The notes below the pieces were generated by a model. That model did not search any database. It was not told where the DNA came from and worked only from the letters and a program-made list of their open reading frames with translations. DNA of 64,000 bases from an uncultured virus (IMG/VR IMGVR_UViG_3300034082_000137) (Duplodnaviria > Heunggongvirae > Uroviricota > Caudoviricetes), in IMG/VR virus record IMGVR_UViG_3300034082_000137; one strand, 5' to 3'. The number at the start of each line of letters is the position of its first letter. Within the stretch, counting starts at the first letter, position 1. Positions 54,719-62,690 of the stretch are shown piece by piece. The translations under genes were made by a program, and so were the position numbers.

Positions 54719-55138
54719 TTATTTCCCGCCTTTCATTTTGATCTGAGTACCTTTGGTCATGCCGCGTTGGGCTACGCCATCAGGCTTAGGGCTGGTCTTA
54801 ACAGAGCCCATCTTGGTCATACCACCGGCTTTGAGGCCAGCGTGAGCTTTGGAAGCAGGTTTAGCTGCGTGTTTTGCTAAGGCGGCTGGCATAGCGCTCT
54901 TAGCGCCGTCTTTTTTCTTTGCCATCATTGCCATGAAGCCGGGGTTCATTTTAGAAGCCATAGTATCGCCGCCTTTCTTGAAAAACTCCGTAGAGCCTTG
55001 GTTGGTTTTGGGTTTGTTTATCTTTTGGAGATCGGCACGGTTACCGCTGCTCTTAGGGATTTTGATAGCCTTAGCATTGCTAGGCGGATTCTTTGGATTC
55101 TTTGGATTCTTTGGGTTCATTGGGTTAGTTTTCATCAT
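54719..55138 (-). CDS. Basic low-complexity protein (139 aa)
   Basis: NPK tandem repeat; DGVAQRGMTKG motif; start uncertain. Confidence 0.7.
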   Translation of the reverse strand: MMKTNPMNPKNPKNPKNPPSNAKAIKIPKSSGNRADLQKINKPKTNQGSTEFFKKGGDTMASKMNPGFMAMMAKKKDGAKSAMPAALAKHAAKPASKAHAGLKAGGMTKMGSVKTSPKPDGVAQRGMTKGTQIKMKGGK

Positions 55139-55380
55139 TTGCCCCCGGGGATTGAATGAATAATCTGGGTCAGCATTGCGCCTACTACGCCACCTGCACC
55201 ACCAAACATCATGAGCACTTTCCAGCCGCCTTTAGCTTCCGCAAGTGTGTTGCTGATGCTATTAAGCGTAGCTTTTATCTCCGCCATGTCTTTAGCCATC
55301 TTGTCCATGTCTTCTTGGAGATGGTTAATGTCCGCCGCGTGTGTGGCGAGTTCTCTTGCAGTTTGTATTTCAGCGTTCAT
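55135..55380 (-). CDS. Coiled-coil protein with C-terminal TM (XhlA/holin-like)
   Basis: Heptad pattern followed by a hydrophobic Gly-rich helix. Confidence 0.6.
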   Translation of the reverse strand: MNAEIQTARELATHAADINHLQEDMDKMAKDMAEIKATLNSISNTLAEAKGGWKVLMMFGGAGGVVGAMLTQIIHSIPGGK

Positions 55381-55381
55381 T

Positions 55382-55636
55382 TCAGCATTTCCATCTTGCT
55401 AGTGAAGCAGCCTTACGAGTAGGCTTGCCTTTCTCGTCTTTCATCGGGCCGGGCATACCAGACATACGAGCACAGAATGACTTCTTGCGAGCACCGCCTT
55501 GTGGCTGTGGCGCTTTGAGGTTTGATCCTGTGGCTGCATTGTACTTAGCACGGCCTTTGGCAGTCAGCCCAGCCCCTTTGGAGACCGGCAGCTTCTCGCC
55601 GCGACCTACTGCAAGGGATGGGGTTTTCTTAGCCAT
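55382..55636 (-). CDS. Small basic protein (RKKSFCARM type)
   Basis: GLTAKGR..YN..TGSNLK...SFCARM...WKC. Confidence 0.75.
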   Translation of the reverse strand: MAKKTPSLAVGRGEKLPVSKGAGLTAKGRAKYNAATGSNLKAPQPQGGARKKSFCARMSGMPGPMKDEKGKPTRKAASLARWKC

Positions 55637-55910
55637 AGAACACTGTTATTTTTGCAGTGGCGGGTAGCGTCACATGCACGTCAGTGGCGAACAAAATCCC
55701 CTCTCCGGGAATCGTAAACGATAACGGATTCAATGGCGTAGCAGAAATGTTAAATTGAAGTCGTACAGTTCCAGAAGCACCGCCGTCTCGAAGAATAATA
55801 TCCCCCGCCGTACCGCCCCCTAGAAACTGATAACCTTTAACACGTACACGCCCAGACACCATAGTGCCAGTAGCTTCAACGTGTACTGCTTTAACGTCTG
55901 TTTGCATCAT
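55629..55910 (-). CDS. Virion structural protein (93 aa)
   Basis: AGGAG RBS; beta-rich. Confidence 0.75.
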   Translation of the reverse strand: MMQTDVKAVHVEATGTMVSGRVRVKGYQFLGGGTAGDIILRDGGASGTVRLQFNISATPLNPLSFTIPGEGILFATDVHVTLPATAKITVFYG

Positions 55911-55929
55911 AATTAATCTCCTGTAATGC

Positions 55930-55945
55930 GGGGGCCGAAGCCCCC
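55930..55945 (-). other. Intergenic cUUCGg hairpin without U tract
   Basis: GGGGGC-TTCG-GCCCCC immediately before an RBS. Confidence 0.7.
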
Positions 55946-55953
55946 AAGATCAA

Positions 55954-56373
55954 TTAAGCAGTACGGGTAAAGACGTATGCAGTGGGGCTAGAGAACATGA
56001 TGGTGAAACGACCGATGCCGGTTGCGCCAGCGGCAACAGTCAAGTCACCAAAGCTACCAGCAGTGTCAGCGGCTGCGCTTGACAAGATACCGTTTGTAGC
56101 TACAGCAATCGTAACGACATCAGCACCAGCGGTGTTGTCAATGTACAAATCCAAAGATGTACCCTGCACAGCGCCTAATTGTGTTCCCAACAAAGTGCCT
56201 GTAGGCAAAGTGATAGTAGTGGCTGCTGCCGAAGTAGATGTGATGTAGCCGGTTGCAACTTGTGCTGCGGTGGCTGTTGCGGTTGCGTTGATCGCGTTAG
56301 CTGTGCCAACTTGGTGACCAGCGATAAATCCATTTTGCGATCTGACCGGGCCGTTAAATGTGGTAATTGCCAT
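55954..56373 (-). CDS. Putative capsid decoration / head fibre protein
   Basis: MAITTFNGPVRS start; directly after the capsid gene. Confidence 0.6.
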   Translation of the reverse strand: MAITTFNGPVRSQNGFIAGHQVGTANAINATATATAAQVATGYITSTSAAATTITLPTGTLLGTQLGAVQGTSLDLYIDNTAGADVVTIAVATNGILSSAAADTAGSFGDLTVAAGATGIGRFTIMFSSPTAYVFTRTA

Positions 56374-56379
56374 GATAAT

Positions 56380-56455
56380 TCCTTACATACAAGTTAGGCG
56401 CATTAGTCTGTATGTCGTCAGCCGGGACTGTCTAATGCACCGGAAAGCCCGGATT
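56380..56455 (-). ncRNA. Multi-pseudoknot structured RNA, candidate Mu-gpT-DE motif
   Basis: Three interleaved helices (CCGGG/CCCGG, GGTGCATTAG/CTAATGCGCC, ACATACA/TGTATGT) downstream of a Mu gpT-like capsid gene. Confidence 0.65.
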
Positions 56456-56461
56456 AGCAGC

Positions 56462-56490
56462 AATATATCACTTTATTTGGTGGTGTGCAA
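56462..56490 (-). promoter_or_regulatory. Sigma70 promoter downstream of the capsid terminator
   Basis: TTGCAC-17 bp-TATATT with TG extension. Confidence 0.7.
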
Positions 56491-56491
56491 C

Positions 56492-56521
56492 AAATAAAAA
56501 GGGCCCCCGAAGGAGCCCTTT
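56492..56521 (-). terminator. Rho-independent terminator after the major capsid gene
   Basis: AAAGGGCTCC-TTCG-GGGGCCCTTT followed by TTATTT. Confidence 0.88.
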
Positions 56522-56538
56522 CTAGTAAGCCCGAGGGC

Positions 56539-57450
56539 TTAGGACGAACCGGGAGAACCGAATACGCCCAATGGGTCTGACCAGCCAAAGCTGTAACGCT
56601 CGCGGGACTTGTAACGGACGTTACCGGTATCGAAGTCACCGTCCATGCCATTTTGCAATGGGGTACGAACAAAGTGTTTCAAACCGTTAGGCACGTCAGT
56701 AGTCAAGTACCAGCCGTTGCTGTCAGTCAAGAAGTTGTTGACTGTGTAGCCTTCTGCGACCGAACCGTTGTTTTTCAACGCGTTGATGTCGTTATCAGCA
56801 GTACCAACACGGAGGCTGGTTTCTAACAAACGAGTAGCAACGAACTGCAAAGCAGGGGGAACAATCAGCTTCTTAGGCTTAGCAGCGATCAGCAAACCGC
56901 GCTCGTCAGTCCAAGCAGCGATCTGGATAACGGCGGCTTCCAAGGAAGTCTCGTTAAGGTCAGCGCCAGTTGTAGGACGATTGCTGTTAGTGCCGCCACC
57001 AGTCAAGGGGTGAGCAGTGCTGAACAAAGATACACCGTCGCCACCTAAGTAGCTGCTGGAGAAACCGTTGTTGATAACAGCAGCAGCCTTAACTTGCTTG
57101 GTATACGCCATAGCACGAGCCAAACCTTTGGTGTAACGAGCAGACAATGAGTCATACAAGTTATCTTCCACAGCTTCTTCAGTGATGGAGAAGCCCAAGG
57201 CGATGGTTTCGTGGTTGTAACGAGTTGTCCATGCTTCCTGTGCATTGTCGTAAGAGATGGCTTGGCCCTCGTTCTTCACCGGAGCGGCGGAGAAACCAGA
57301 CAGCTTTGTCTCTTCTTCAAATGAACGCTCAGAGGTTTCAGTCTCGTAGAGTTCCTTATGCTGCTCACCGTAGCGAGCATATTCCAAACCAAACAATGCG
57401 TTCAATCCGGGCAAGAGTTCTTTAAGTAGTTGTGCGCGTGAAATAGCCAT
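56539..57450 (-). CDS. Major capsid protein (Mu gpT-like)
   Basis: 303 aa, strong RBS, highly biased codons, PKKLIVPP motif, followed by a terminator. Confidence 0.88.
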   Translation of the reverse strand: MAISRAQLLKELLPGLNALFGLEYARYGEQHKELYETETSERSFEEETKLSGFSAAPVKNEGQAISYDNAQEAWTTRYNHETIALGFSITEEAVEDNLYDSLSARYTKGLARAMAYTKQVKAAAVINNGFSSSYLGGDGVSLFSTAHPLTGGGTNSNRPTTGADLNETSLEAAVIQIAAWTDERGLLIAAKPKKLIVPPALQFVATRLLETSLRVGTADNDINALKNNGSVAEGYTVNNFLTDSNGWYLTTDVPNGLKHFVRTPLQNGMDGDFDTGNVRYKSRERYSFGWSDPLGVFGSPGSS

Positions 57451-57463
57451 GATTTAGCTCCTT

Positions 57464-58087
57464 TTACAGACCAACAGCGTTGCTGTAAGAGTGGTATCCG
57501 GGGTTGAACTTCACCAGAATATCAGTATATGCGTCACCCACTACGGAGAAGCCTTGCATGTTTACAAAACCAACGACGCGGAAAGCGGCGGTAGTAGTAA
57601 CAGCGGAAGCTCCAGCCACAACGGAAGCGGTAGAGTTACCAGTAGTTGTGCTACCAGTAGCCACTGCGCCAGTGGTGAAGAACACGTTTGCACCCAGAGC
57701 AGCGATGGTAACAGTACCAGCAGACTGAACTTGGAACACGGTACGGTCGTCGTCAATCACAAATGCTACTGCGTTCAACGCGCTGGCTGGGTAGTATTGA
57801 GAGAAAACGGTTTGACCTTGTGCGTTAACGTAAGAGCATCCAACGAACACACCAACAGCGCCGGTGTTAGCAGTGCCAACAGGGAAGCCATTTGTGGTTG
57901 CGTCAGCGCCAGTAGCGGTAACGATTTCGATGTAACCCGAGGTTGTAACATACACCAAACTTCCGTTATAGATGTTTGTCGCATAACCAGCGGGGTTGAT
58001 TGCAAACGAGCGAGTGCTACCTGCGTAAGGTAGGCCACCCAACTCGTTTACGGCACGGAGGCCGTAGGGAGAAGCGGTAGATGCCAT
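57464..58087 (-). CDS. Putative head decoration / minor capsid protein
   Basis: A/T/G/V-rich; immediately upstream of the capsid gene. Confidence 0.6.
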   Translation of the reverse strand: MASTASPYGLRAVNELGGLPYAGSTRSFAINPAGYATNIYNGSLVYVTTSGYIEIVTATGADATTNGFPVGTANTGAVGVFVGCSYVNAQGQTVFSQYYPASALNAVAFVIDDDRTVFQVQSAGTVTIAALGANVFFTTGAVATGSTTTGNSTASVVAGASAVTTTAAFRVVGFVNMQGFSVVGDAYTDILVKFNPGYHSYSNAVGL

Positions 58088-58106
58088 TTAAGGACTCCTA
58101 AAAAAT

Positions 58107-58580
58107 TTAACCACCAGAACCAAAAGTAACCTTCGATTTCTTGTCCGAGAACAAGGGCATACGAGGATCACTATCTTTGAGAAAGTTATTGTCTACTGAC
58201 TCCATCTGAGCTTTGTTTTGATTTGCGTAGTACGCATCTCGCTGTTTCAAAAACTCTTCCGGAATACGGCAAAGCAATAGTCCGCCCACTTCGATGTTTC
58301 CTTTGAAACGACCTTCAGTAGAAGCGTGCACCAATAGCTCGGGATATTCTTCCGCTTTCACGGGTTCATAGCCTTCGCGTAACTTAGAAGAAGTGTTACC
58401 CGGATCAGCCTGCCCCAACATACTAATGCGAATCCATCGATGCTTCCAACCCGGACGATCATCTGGGGATGGTAGTGTCTCTGGAGGACGCCATGCTGTT
58501 GGGCGAGCAAAAGACTCGCGTGTATCTAGTTCACGAACCAGACGATTTTGAGCTTTTTCTGCTACTGTAGTCTTTTCCAT
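58107..58580 (-). CDS. Conserved head-module protein (157 aa)
   Basis: HRWIR...N.SSKLREGYEPV motif. Confidence 0.8.
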   Translation of the reverse strand: MEKTTVAEKAQNRLVRELDTRESFARPTAWRPPETLPSPDDRPGWKHRWIRISMLGQADPGNTSSKLREGYEPVKAEEYPELLVHASTEGRFKGNIEVGGLLLCRIPEEFLKQRDAYYANQNKAQMESVDNNFLKDSDPRMPLFSDKKSKVTFGSGG

Positions 58581-58582
58581 TT

Positions 58583-59575
58583 TTAACCTCTATTAAGTAA
58601 AGCAACCTGTTTCGCGTATTGTTCTGGAGTCACCCCAAGACGACGAGCTATCGCCACTTCGGATGCCTTCAATCGAATACGATTAGGCGGTGTGCTGCGG
58701 GTAGCCGGGGCTACAACCGAAGCTGGTTTTGTTGCACGGACGGGAGTGAACTCCTCTTCCGGTTCTAATGACCTTTTCTTTGGAGGCGGTTCATCATCCT
58801 CATAGCTCTGAGAATCATCAAAATTCTCAGGAAATCGTTTGCGCATCGTCTTATCGATGGTATCGAAGTACTCTTTAGTACCGATATAGTCAGGACCATA
58901 CTCTCTTTGTAACTTCCTGTCAAGTCCAGTAGCTGCAGCAGTCATTTCTTCGTCTTTACCCCACCAATTAGAGTTAGCCTCTAACCACTTAGCAGTGCGG
59001 GGATGCGCCGGTGCTTGCCTAGCTGGGGGCTCAAACTCCTGCTCCACTACTGGAATAGGTCTCATGTTCTCTACTTTGTCTAGAGTAAGAGTAGCTCGAG
59101 CAATCTTCTTCTGCGCAGAAACAAGAGCGTCGGCGTCACCAGCATCGTAAGCCTCTTTGTAGCTACGTTCTGCGGCCTCTAACTCACTCTCAGCGGAGGT
59201 TTTTGACTGGGCAATATAGGCTTCACTACCGGTAGCTAACTCTTTCTGCAAGCGTTTATTCTCTTCAAACACCTGTTTTGCAAAGTTTTCAGCAGCCTGC
59301 CGTTCGCGCATAGCCTCTTCTTTTGCCCGTCGCTCATCGTGGTATCCACGGGTGAACTTCTTAATTCGGGCCTGCACTTTCTCGTCATACGAGGCTAATT
59401 CTTCTTCCGAAGGGTCCTCTGGAGGGGGTGCAGCTTTACGATTACGGTCCTCTGGGGGCGTATCGTTCTCAATTTCTATCTCAAACTCTTCTTCTTTGGG
59501 TGCCGTATCTACGGGTTTACCCTTAGCTTCCTTCTCGTCAGGAAACTCAAAATCATCACCACCAAATTTAGACAT
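58583..59575 (-). CDS. Putative scaffolding protein
   Basis: Acidic coiled-coil protein between portal and capsid; C-terminal ARRLGVTPEQY. Confidence 0.65.
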   Translation of the reverse strand: MSKFGGDDFEFPDEKEAKGKPVDTAPKEEEFEIEIENDTPPEDRNRKAAPPPEDPSEEELASYDEKVQARIKKFTRGYHDERRAKEEAMRERQAAENFAKQVFEENKRLQKELATGSEAYIAQSKTSAESELEAAERSYKEAYDAGDADALVSAQKKIARATLTLDKVENMRPIPVVEQEFEPPARQAPAHPRTAKWLEANSNWWGKDEEMTAAATGLDRKLQREYGPDYIGTKEYFDTIDKTMRKRFPENFDDSQSYEDDEPPPKKRSLEPEEEFTPVRATKPASVVAPATRSTPPNRIRLKASEVAIARRLGVTPEQYAKQVALLNRG

Positions 59576-59585
59576 TTTTTACTCC

Positions 59586-59996
59586 TTACGATGCACGTGT
59601 AATGCCACGGGGGTCTTCAACGGTTCCTTCAACTGAGTCGTCGTTAATGATTCGGAACTCACGTCCATGAATCTTCAAACGAGTGCCAGAGTTAGGTCGG
59701 CAGATAATGAAATCACCTTCCTTGCATGAGGGGCCGCTAGGGAAACGAGTTACGTCTTTGTACGCATCTGGGCCCACCTTAACTACAAATAGCACTGGGG
59801 TCAGCACTTCTTCGTAATACATAGATTGGCTAGATTTGATAATTCCAGACTCACTCTCAGCAAAAGACTCCATTGCTTCTGGTACTACACAAAGCAAGTG
59901 AAAGGTCTTCGGGTCAGGCAACTGCTTTGCTTTTTCTTCAGAACTTGTATTCAAGATTCCAGAGAGGTCCACCGCAGCGGTATCAAATTCATTCAT
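59586..59996 (-). CDS. GroES-like co-chaperonin
   Basis: SGII mobile-loop-like segment, VVKVGPDAY, KEGD, FRIINDDSV. Confidence 0.8.
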   Translation of the reverse strand: MNEFDTAAVDLSGILNTSSEEKAKQLPDPKTFHLLCVVPEAMESFAESESGIIKSSQSMYYEEVLTPVLFVVKVGPDAYKDVTRFPSGPSCKEGDFIICRPNSGTRLKIHGREFRIINDDSVEGTVEDPRGITRAS

Positions 59997-60189
59997 CTTC
60001 AAATTTCTCCATACGTTGCACGAGGTCGTTAACAATAGATTCTGCATGGCTCAGACCCCGGATGATCCCGCAGATGTGCCGGTATTCAGAGTAGTCCCCT
60101 GCTCTACCGGTGGAAAGAAAACTCGCTTGCTCCCCGCGTAACTTGTCAATTTCGCGTGCAATGTGTGCAAGTACTCTATGGTTGTCCAT
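59989..60189 (-). CDS. Hypothetical protein (66 aa)
   Basis: DYSEYR..CG.IRGL; coupled to the portal gene. Confidence 0.78.
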   Translation of the reverse strand: MDNHRVLAHIAREIDKLRGEQASFLSTGRAGDYSEYRHICGIIRGLSHAESIVNDLVQRMEKFEDE

Positions 60190-62681
60190 TATTTTTCCTT
60201 CTTAGGAGGTTGCTGTTGCTGGCGCTGCATGAAAGCTGTGCGCTGCTGCTGAGCCATTTGTGACTTGTGTTTAGCCATGTCTACACCCATGCGTGCTTGC
60301 TCAGTCTCCTGCTGTCTAGAGACGCGTTCGCGGGCGGAAGCTGCCGTAGCATTTACCTGCATACGTGCGATCTCTTTCTGCGCCTCAATGCGAGAGTGCT
60401 CGATAGTCAGTTGAGCTGCTTTAGCTGACGCTTCTGCTTGCTGTTTCTGAGCTTTAAGCTGGAGCTCCTGTTGACGAATTTGCAACTCTTGCTGCTGCAT
60501 CTGTACCACTGGGTCCTGCATCTGCTGTTGAGCGGCTTGCTGTTGAGCCTCTTGCTGGTGCTGCTGGAACAACTGCTGTGTAGCCTGAGCCGCTGCAATC
60601 GCAATCTGGTCAGCCATCTGGGGCGAGACATCTTTAGTCTGGTCTTTATCTGGGAGTGTCATGCCCATCTTCTCTTCGATCTGACGGCGATACTCGAACG
60701 CAATGTGCTCGTTAATGTGCGCCATAGCCGTAGCCATGATTGCCTGAGCCTGTGGGTTCATCTGCATCAACTGCTGGATTTGCGGGTCCTGCATCGCCAT
60801 CTGGTGAACCGCGATATGCGCTTGGTGGTTTTGCTCGATAAACGCCTTAACAGGTTTGCCTGTCAACAAGTTCTGGTTCTCTTGCACTGGGTCGGTCGCC
60901 ACTTGGTCATCTTCAGTAGGCACAAGTTTCGCTGCGTTCTTTATGCCCAGAATCTCAATCATCTGGCGGTGTAACAGAGGCAAGTCGTACAGTTGGGGAG
61001 CTGACTGTGCAAGCTGCAGTACAGCCTGATACTGCACAATCTTCTGCGCCATCGTTGCTGCGTTAGGGTCACTGACTGGGATGACATCCACAGCGTCGTA
61101 GTCGGACTTCTTAACGTCACGGTTGCCGTTCTCTGGCTCGTATGCGTACTCTTCTGGTGTGTAATCGGCAATGATGACTTTGAGGAGTTTGAACTCCTGC
61201 TTCATAGCGTAGTGCAGTCGTGCTTGCACTGCTGTCATTACCTTCAAAGTACGCTCTAACAGAGCCAAAGTCGTACCAACAGGAGCATTGGCGCTCATGT
61301 CGCTGACGTTCATATCACCGCTTGATGCGAAGCTGCGGCCTTCCTGCACGATGTTCTGGAACAGAGCGAACAAAACTTGGCTTGGCTCTTTGTATGGAAG
61401 CGGTAAGATGTTGTCACGGATGCTTCCACTAGGCACATCTACGTCTCGGAACTCTCCGGGGGAGATCGGTGTATCGTCACCCTTAATACGGAGGCCGCGA
61501 GATTTCAAGCCACCGGGCAAGTTAGACAGCGTACCAGCGTCCACCAACTGACGAATCAGCATGGTAGAAGACTTAGCGTATCCACCAATCAAGTGAATCA
61601 AACCATAGCCGTAGAACCCAAAGCCGGGGATGTATTGGTAGTGCACGAAATGCTGGCGTTTCAGGTGCAGCTTGTCACCCTCGTACCAATTGCGGCGTAC
61701 AGCCAAAATCTTCGCTGTACCCTTCTCGATAGTCACAACATAAGGCAGCGCAATACCTGTGGGCTCGCCATCTTTGCCCACGTCCTCGAACCCCTCGAGG
61801 TCCAAGTCAACGTGCATCTCAAGAACACGGAAGCGGTTATCCTGAGTAGCAGACAGACCCATCTCTTCTGCTTTTTGTTTCTCAATCTCGTCAATCTCGT
61901 TGGATGGCTCGCCTAAGTCAATGTCCATGTAGAACCCTGCAGCTTGCAGTTTCTTCATCTCGTTAGGTGTCTTGCGCATCACATGCGTAACACGCTCTGC
62001 TGACTCTAAGTTAGACGCGCCGTATGGGACGACGATGTCTTCAGCGGGAATAAACATAGCGACTTGGCGACCTTTGCTTGGGTCGTAGTACACCTTCTTG
62101 AACGCACTACCTGCTAGAGGCAGTGACCACAATAGTTTCTCGTGCTCTGGGCGATACTCAACCATCACCTCAGTAAGCTGGTAGTTCATGTCATCACGAA
62201 CACGGGCTGCGGCTTCTTCTGCTAGTAAGTCAATAGCTCCAACGATCTGAGTCTTGACGGGGCCCATCGCTGGGAACGTCTCCATCATTGCCTCTGACTG
62301 GAACCTTACAACTGACTCGGTGAGCATCGGGTGGAATACACCACAAGCGCCCTGCCAAGGTTCTGTACGCTCTTCGTACTTCAAGCCCAACAACTTCAGA
62401 CCATCTACGTATGTGCGTATCCAGTCTTTACGGTCATTTAAGTCTTTGTCTACGTCAGCTACTAATTCTGACCCTAGTGCGTCTAGAACTGATTCATCAA
62501 GGAACTCTGCAAGGTTGGCATCAAAGTCTTCCGCAGTGCCTTCTTTAGGATCAATCTCAATCTCTAGCCCGTCAATACCAATAGTTACTGACTCTGGGTC
62601 TTCGATCTCAATCTCAATTTCTGGCGCGTCATTCTCCATATCGGCTAAGCCTTGAGGAGCTGCGTATAAACCTTTGTCCAT
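60189..62681 (-). CDS. Portal protein
   Basis: 830 aa directly after the terminase; Q-rich coiled-coil C-terminus typical of podovirus portals. Confidence 0.85.
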   Translation of the reverse strand: MDKGLYAAPQGLADMENDAPEIEIEIEDPESVTIGIDGLEIEIDPKEGTAEDFDANLAEFLDESVLDALGSELVADVDKDLNDRKDWIRTYVDGLKLLGLKYEERTEPWQGACGVFHPMLTESVVRFQSEAMMETFPAMGPVKTQIVGAIDLLAEEAAARVRDDMNYQLTEVMVEYRPEHEKLLWSLPLAGSAFKKVYYDPSKGRQVAMFIPAEDIVVPYGASNLESAERVTHVMRKTPNEMKKLQAAGFYMDIDLGEPSNEIDEIEKQKAEEMGLSATQDNRFRVLEMHVDLDLEGFEDVGKDGEPTGIALPYVVTIEKGTAKILAVRRNWYEGDKLHLKRQHFVHYQYIPGFGFYGYGLIHLIGGYAKSSTMLIRQLVDAGTLSNLPGGLKSRGLRIKGDDTPISPGEFRDVDVPSGSIRDNILPLPYKEPSQVLFALFQNIVQEGRSFASSGDMNVSDMSANAPVGTTLALLERTLKVMTAVQARLHYAMKQEFKLLKVIIADYTPEEYAYEPENGNRDVKKSDYDAVDVIPVSDPNAATMAQKIVQYQAVLQLAQSAPQLYDLPLLHRQMIEILGIKNAAKLVPTEDDQVATDPVQENQNLLTGKPVKAFIEQNHQAHIAVHQMAMQDPQIQQLMQMNPQAQAIMATAMAHINEHIAFEYRRQIEEKMGMTLPDKDQTKDVSPQMADQIAIAAAQATQQLFQQHQQEAQQQAAQQQMQDPVVQMQQQELQIRQQELQLKAQKQQAEASAKAAQLTIEHSRIEAQKEIARMQVNATAASARERVSRQQETEQARMGVDMAKHKSQMAQQQRTAFMQRQQQQPPKKEK

Positions 62682-62690
62682 GATGTTTCC

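Noticed and set aside
56400..56455. Hammerhead ribozyme (CTGACGA on the - strand)
   Set aside because: No GAAA after a stem II, and the helix topology does not fit a three-way junction
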